Source: a virus
Virus record (IMG/VR): IMGVR_UViG_3300045988_115612
Coordinates: 1 to 15,830 of that record
Strand: one strand, 5' to 3'
Length of the DNA: 15,830 nucleotides
Under the pieces are notes generated by a model, which saw only the letters and a list, made by a program, of their open reading frames with translations, did not search any database and was not told the origin of the DNA. Positions 14,041-15,830 of this stretch are shown here, piece by piece (positions within the stretch are counted from its first letter, which is position 1; each line of letters starts with the position of its first letter). A program made the translations under genes and the position numbers.

Positions 14041-14665
14041 AATATTCGCCCCAGCCGTTATCATAGTCGAATGAATCTAAAAATTCTTTCTGCTGCTCCC
14101 GGGAAAGTCCTAGATTGTCTGATAACTCAGATAAAAATTCAGGCACAATGGACTGACCTCCATTTTTTTCTGCATCGTAACTTTCATGGATGGTTAGCCA
14201 AGGAACAGACGATAATGCTTCCGCTGTTGCTTCTTTTCCGTTCTTCTTTAAACTATTTTCTAACCATTGCCGACACATACGCTCCGCTACCGGAAAGTAT
14301 GTATAAGTAGTGTTTATAAAATTTTCTATTATGATATCTGCACTAGAGGGATAATCTGCTATGACTTCTCTTTTCTTTTTTGCTTTTCGTCTTTTTGACT
14401 TGTAAGCTACCCGATCTCTTTTCTTTTTTTCTTTTCGTCTTTTTGACTTATAACCGCTGTGTGTTATTAAAGATTCAGACGTTTTTTGTATTACGTCCGG
14501 CGTTATTTTTTTCAACCTCTGAACATCCGCTTTTGTTGGCTGTTGCTTTAATTTTGGAATATCTATAGATATTGCATAACCTTGTGCAAGCAATTTATTC
14601 ACTTGCTTTTCAATTCTTTTCAGTTCTTGCGCGTATACTTTGGCATACCTATTTTTTCTCGCCAT
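14039..14665 (-). CDS. Putative terminal protein (replication primer)
   Basis: ATG at 14665, 9 nt after AAGGAGG; 208 aa. Immediately upstream of the protein-primed polymerase, as phi29 gene 3 is. Basic N-terminal half with duplicated YKSKRRKxKKKR; acidic C-terminal half rich in S/T/Y. Call rests on position and architecture, with no recognisable sequence similarity. Confidence 0.55.
   Translation of the reverse strand: MARKNRYAKVYAQELKRIEKQVNKLLAQGYAISIDIPKLKQQPTKADVQRLKKITPDVIQKTSESLITHSGYKSKRRKEKKKRDRVAYKSKRRKAKKKREVIADYPSSADIIIENFINTTYTYFPVAERMCRQWLENSLKKNGKEATAEALSSVPWLTIHESYDAEKNGGQSIVPEFLSELSDNLGLSREQQKEFLDSFDYDNGWGEY
14367..14455. repeat. 48-nt tandem duplication (2 copies) inside the terminal-protein candidate
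   Basis: Unit starting at 14367 versus unit starting at 14415: 38 of 41 aligned positions identical (tctcttttcttttttgcttttcgtctttttgacttgtaagc versus tctcttttctttttttcttttcgtctttttgacttataacc). Encodes YKSKRRKEKKKRDRVA / YKSKRRKAKKKREVIA. Confidence 0.9.
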
Positions 14666-14696
14666 ATGAAAAAACCTCCTTTTATAATGTAGTTCT

Positions 14697-14725
14697 ATTA
14701 TAACATATTTTTTATAAAAATACAA
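14697..14725 (-). promoter_or_regulatory. Promoter for the terminal-protein/polymerase operon (extended -10)
   Basis: Minus strand reads TTGTAT (14725-14720), 17 nt, TGt-TATAAT (14705-14697). Lies immediately downstream of a terminator and about 30 nt upstream of the terminal-protein start. Confidence 0.65.
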
Positions 14726-14728
14726 TAA

Positions 14729-14752
14729 GAAAAGCCGCTTACACGGCTTTTC
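14729..14752 (-). terminator. Intrinsic terminator ending the right-end early unit
   Basis: Plus strand gaaaagccg-cttaca-cggcttttc. On the minus-strand RNA (loop uguaag) the stem is followed by UUAUU. It begins 3 nt after the stop of the 122-aa ORF. Confidence 0.8.
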
Positions 14753-14754
14753 AT

Positions 14755-15123
14755 TTATTTGTAAAGCATATAAAACGCGTCCAACATGTTATTTGTTTTT
14801 GCATAATCATGTTGCATTTGCTTTGCTTCCTCCGGTGTTTTGCCGTTTCGCAATTCTGCGTAAAACAATTCTACCAATAATGTTACATTGTCACTGAGCT
14901 TTCTTGAACGTTCCCATTCTCGATAGTTCCATAATATAACTGTTCTTGTATAACTGTTTATGTCAATCTTGACCCCCCTCTTAAATAATCCAACTATGAT
15001 TGTAAGTTCGTAGCTGTTTATGTAAGGGACGCGAACTGTGTCGCAACCTGTCGGCATCGGAATTATTTCATAGTTTGTTATTGTGTTTTTATGCAGTTTC
15101 TTTATTATGTTTTTTATTTCCAT
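14755..15123 (-). CDS. Hypothetical 122-aa early protein
   Basis: Intact ORF in the right-end early unit, with GGGAGGA about 10 nt upstream. No motif I recognise. Confidence 0.6.
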   Translation of the reverse strand: MEIKNIIKKLHKNTITNYEIIPMPTGCDTVRVPYINSYELTIIVGLFKRGVKIDINSYTRTVILWNYREWERSRKLSDNVTLLVELFYAELRNGKTPEEAKQMQHDYAKTNNMLDAFYMLYK

Positions 15124-15125
15124 TT

Positions 15126-15203
15126 CTATTTATCCTCCCATGTTAGAAAACCAGCGAATAGACTGATTGCTATTATAACTACTATAAGCGTTTCTTCGTT
15201 CAT
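15126..15203 (-). CDS. Possible 25-aa hydrophobic micro-protein
   Basis: ATG at 15203, 6 nt after GAGGG. MNEETLIVVIIAISLFAGFLTWEDK contains one TM-length hydrophobic stretch. It fills the only gap in this operon. An alternative 28-codon frame starts at 15216, so the call is tentative. Confidence 0.3.
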   Translation of the reverse strand: MNEETLIVVIIAISLFAGFLTWEDK

Positions 15204-15216
15204 TTTTTGCCCTCAT

Positions 15217-15459
15217 TTAATGCGCATCAGTTACGGTTACAATTGTATCTAACACGCTGTCCATATTCACTGCGCTATATGTAAAATCCACAAATAACGG
15301 TATATCATCCACAGTGTTTAAAACCCATGCAGTACCTTTTCCATCTTCACAGAGTATGCTATCAACCTCCCCGTTTCCGTCCCACAATTCACCTAGATAA
15401 TAATCCTCACCTTTGACTATTTCGCGCTGCTTCCCTTTAATATAACTCAATGTTTTCAT
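15217..15459 (-). CDS. Hypothetical 80-aa early protein
   Basis: Internal ATG at 15459, 8 nt after AAGGAGG; MKTLSYIKGKQREIV... The track's 98-aa version extends into the ITR ORF in another frame. Confidence 0.65.
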   Translation of the reverse strand: MKTLSYIKGKQREIVKGEDYYLGELWDGNGEVDSILCEDGKGTAWVLNTVDDIPLFVDFTYSAVNMDSVLDTIVTVTDAH

Positions 15460-15472
15460 TTTCTTATCCTCC

Positions 15473-15640
15473 TTAAAATTCAGAATCCAGAACGTTCTGG
15501 AAATCCGGTGCAAGCTCTAAGTAACGATTTAAAAATTCTTCGTTGGTGCACGGCGCTAATTCAAACGCTACGCGTTCGCGGATATCATCATCCATCATGT
15601 TCACGATTGCTTCCCAGTAATAATCTAAATTTTTAATCAT
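15473..15640 (-). CDS. ITR-encoded 55-aa acidic hypothetical protein (right copy)
   Basis: Mirror of 191..358. Identical except codon 49 (AAC Asn versus ACT Thr) and two synonymous changes (codons 51 and 54). Same SD and promoter. Confidence 0.7.
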   Translation of the reverse strand: MIKNLDYYWEAIVNMMDDDIRERVAFELAPCTNEEFLNRYLELAPDFQNVLDSEF

Positions 15641-15811
15641 TTTTTCATTTCCTCCTTATTATTTCCTTTCTGTAATTATATAATAGCACGCGCACATAGA
15701 AATGTCAAGCGTATTTTTAAAATATTTTATACGCGTTCACTATTTTTAGTTTGTCGCGTAAAGTGATTGGGGAAATGTTCTAAATATCGTTTTATTTTAT
15801 GTCAACGTGGG
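15496..15811. repeat. Right inverted terminal repeat
   Basis: Exact reverse complement of 20-335. Confidence 0.95.
15680..15708 (-). promoter_or_regulatory. Sigma-A-type promoter inside right ITR
   Basis: Exact mirror of 123-151: TTGACA (15708-15703), 17 nt, TGc-TATTAT (to 15680). Confidence 0.7.
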
Positions 15812-15830
15812 AGATCGGAAGAGCACAGTC
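15812..15830. other. Sequencing-adapter remnant, not biological
   Basis: agatcggaagagcacagtc resembles the Illumina AGATCGGAAGAGCAC... adapter and mirrors 1-19. Confidence 0.85.

Larger units (their letters stand above)
20..15811. mobile_element. Complete linear genome of a phi29-like (protein-primed) podophage
   Basis: Adapter-capped termini and ITRs. Full phi29-type gene set: terminal-protein candidate, protein-primed PolB, p6-like, SSB, gp16-like ATPase, scaffold, capsid, gp9 tail knob, gp10 portal, lower collar, appendage, tail lysozyme, holin, endolysin. Confidence 0.85.

Noticed and set aside
14666-14725. Longer 228-aa version of the terminal-protein ORF starting at 14725
   Set aside because: The extra 20 codons run through the promoter -35/-10 elements and the SD. 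The ATG at 14665 has an AAGGAGG at proper spacing.
1-15830. Search for tRNA, CRISPR repeats, integrase/recombinase, repressor, reverse transcriptase or homing endonuclease
   Set aside because: No cloverleaf-like segments, no regularly spaced direct repeats, and no ORF with the corresponding catalytic motifs. All sizeable ORFs are accounted for by replication, packaging, virion or lysis functions.

Overview
The window appears to be one complete linear dsDNA genome (about 15.8 kb) of a small phi29-like podophage with protein-primed replication. It is capped at both ends by 19-nt sequencing-adapter remnants (1-19, 15812-15830). Just inside them lie 316-bp perfect inverted terminal repeats (20-335 / 15496-15811). 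Nearly all genes are on the minus strand. Reading right to left: ITR promoter and a 55-aa ORF; small early ORFs; terminator; promoter; putative terminal protein; family-B protein-primed DNA polymerase; promoter; p6-like DNA-binding protein; gp5-like SSB; terminator; gp16-like packaging ATPase; a perfect consensus promoter with a ~124-nt structured leader; scaffold; major capsid with a C-terminal Ig-like domain; terminator; gp9-like tail knob; gp10-like portal; lower collar; appendage/receptor-binding protein; two paralogous coiled-coil fibre proteins; tail lysozyme; holin; a TM-coiled-coil protein; GH25 endolysin. Only the left ITR cassette and one 77-aa ORF are on the plus strand, and they converge on a shared hairpin terminator at 601-628. 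I found no integrase, repressor, tRNA or CRISPR, so the phage looks obligately lytic. Strong AAGGAGG Shine-Dalgarno sites and sigma-A-type promoters point to a Gram-positive (Bacillota) host. Points most worth follow-up: (1) each ITR carries a complete promoter-SD-ORF cassette, so an identical acidic 55-aa early gene is expressed from both ends; (2) the consensus promoter and structured untranslated RNA between the ATPase and scaffold genes could be a prohead-RNA candidate or a regulatory leader; (3) a 22-nt palindrome plus a third heptamer sits at the terminal-protein/polymerase junction; (4) a 48-nt tandem duplication encodes a basic YKSKRRKxKKKR block in the putative terminal protein; (5) the two fibre genes are paralogues; (6) the ATPase, polymerase and terminal-protein genes look more AT-rich than the structural genes. 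All protein calls rest on motifs recognised by eye and on remembered phi29 sequences. No database search was run.
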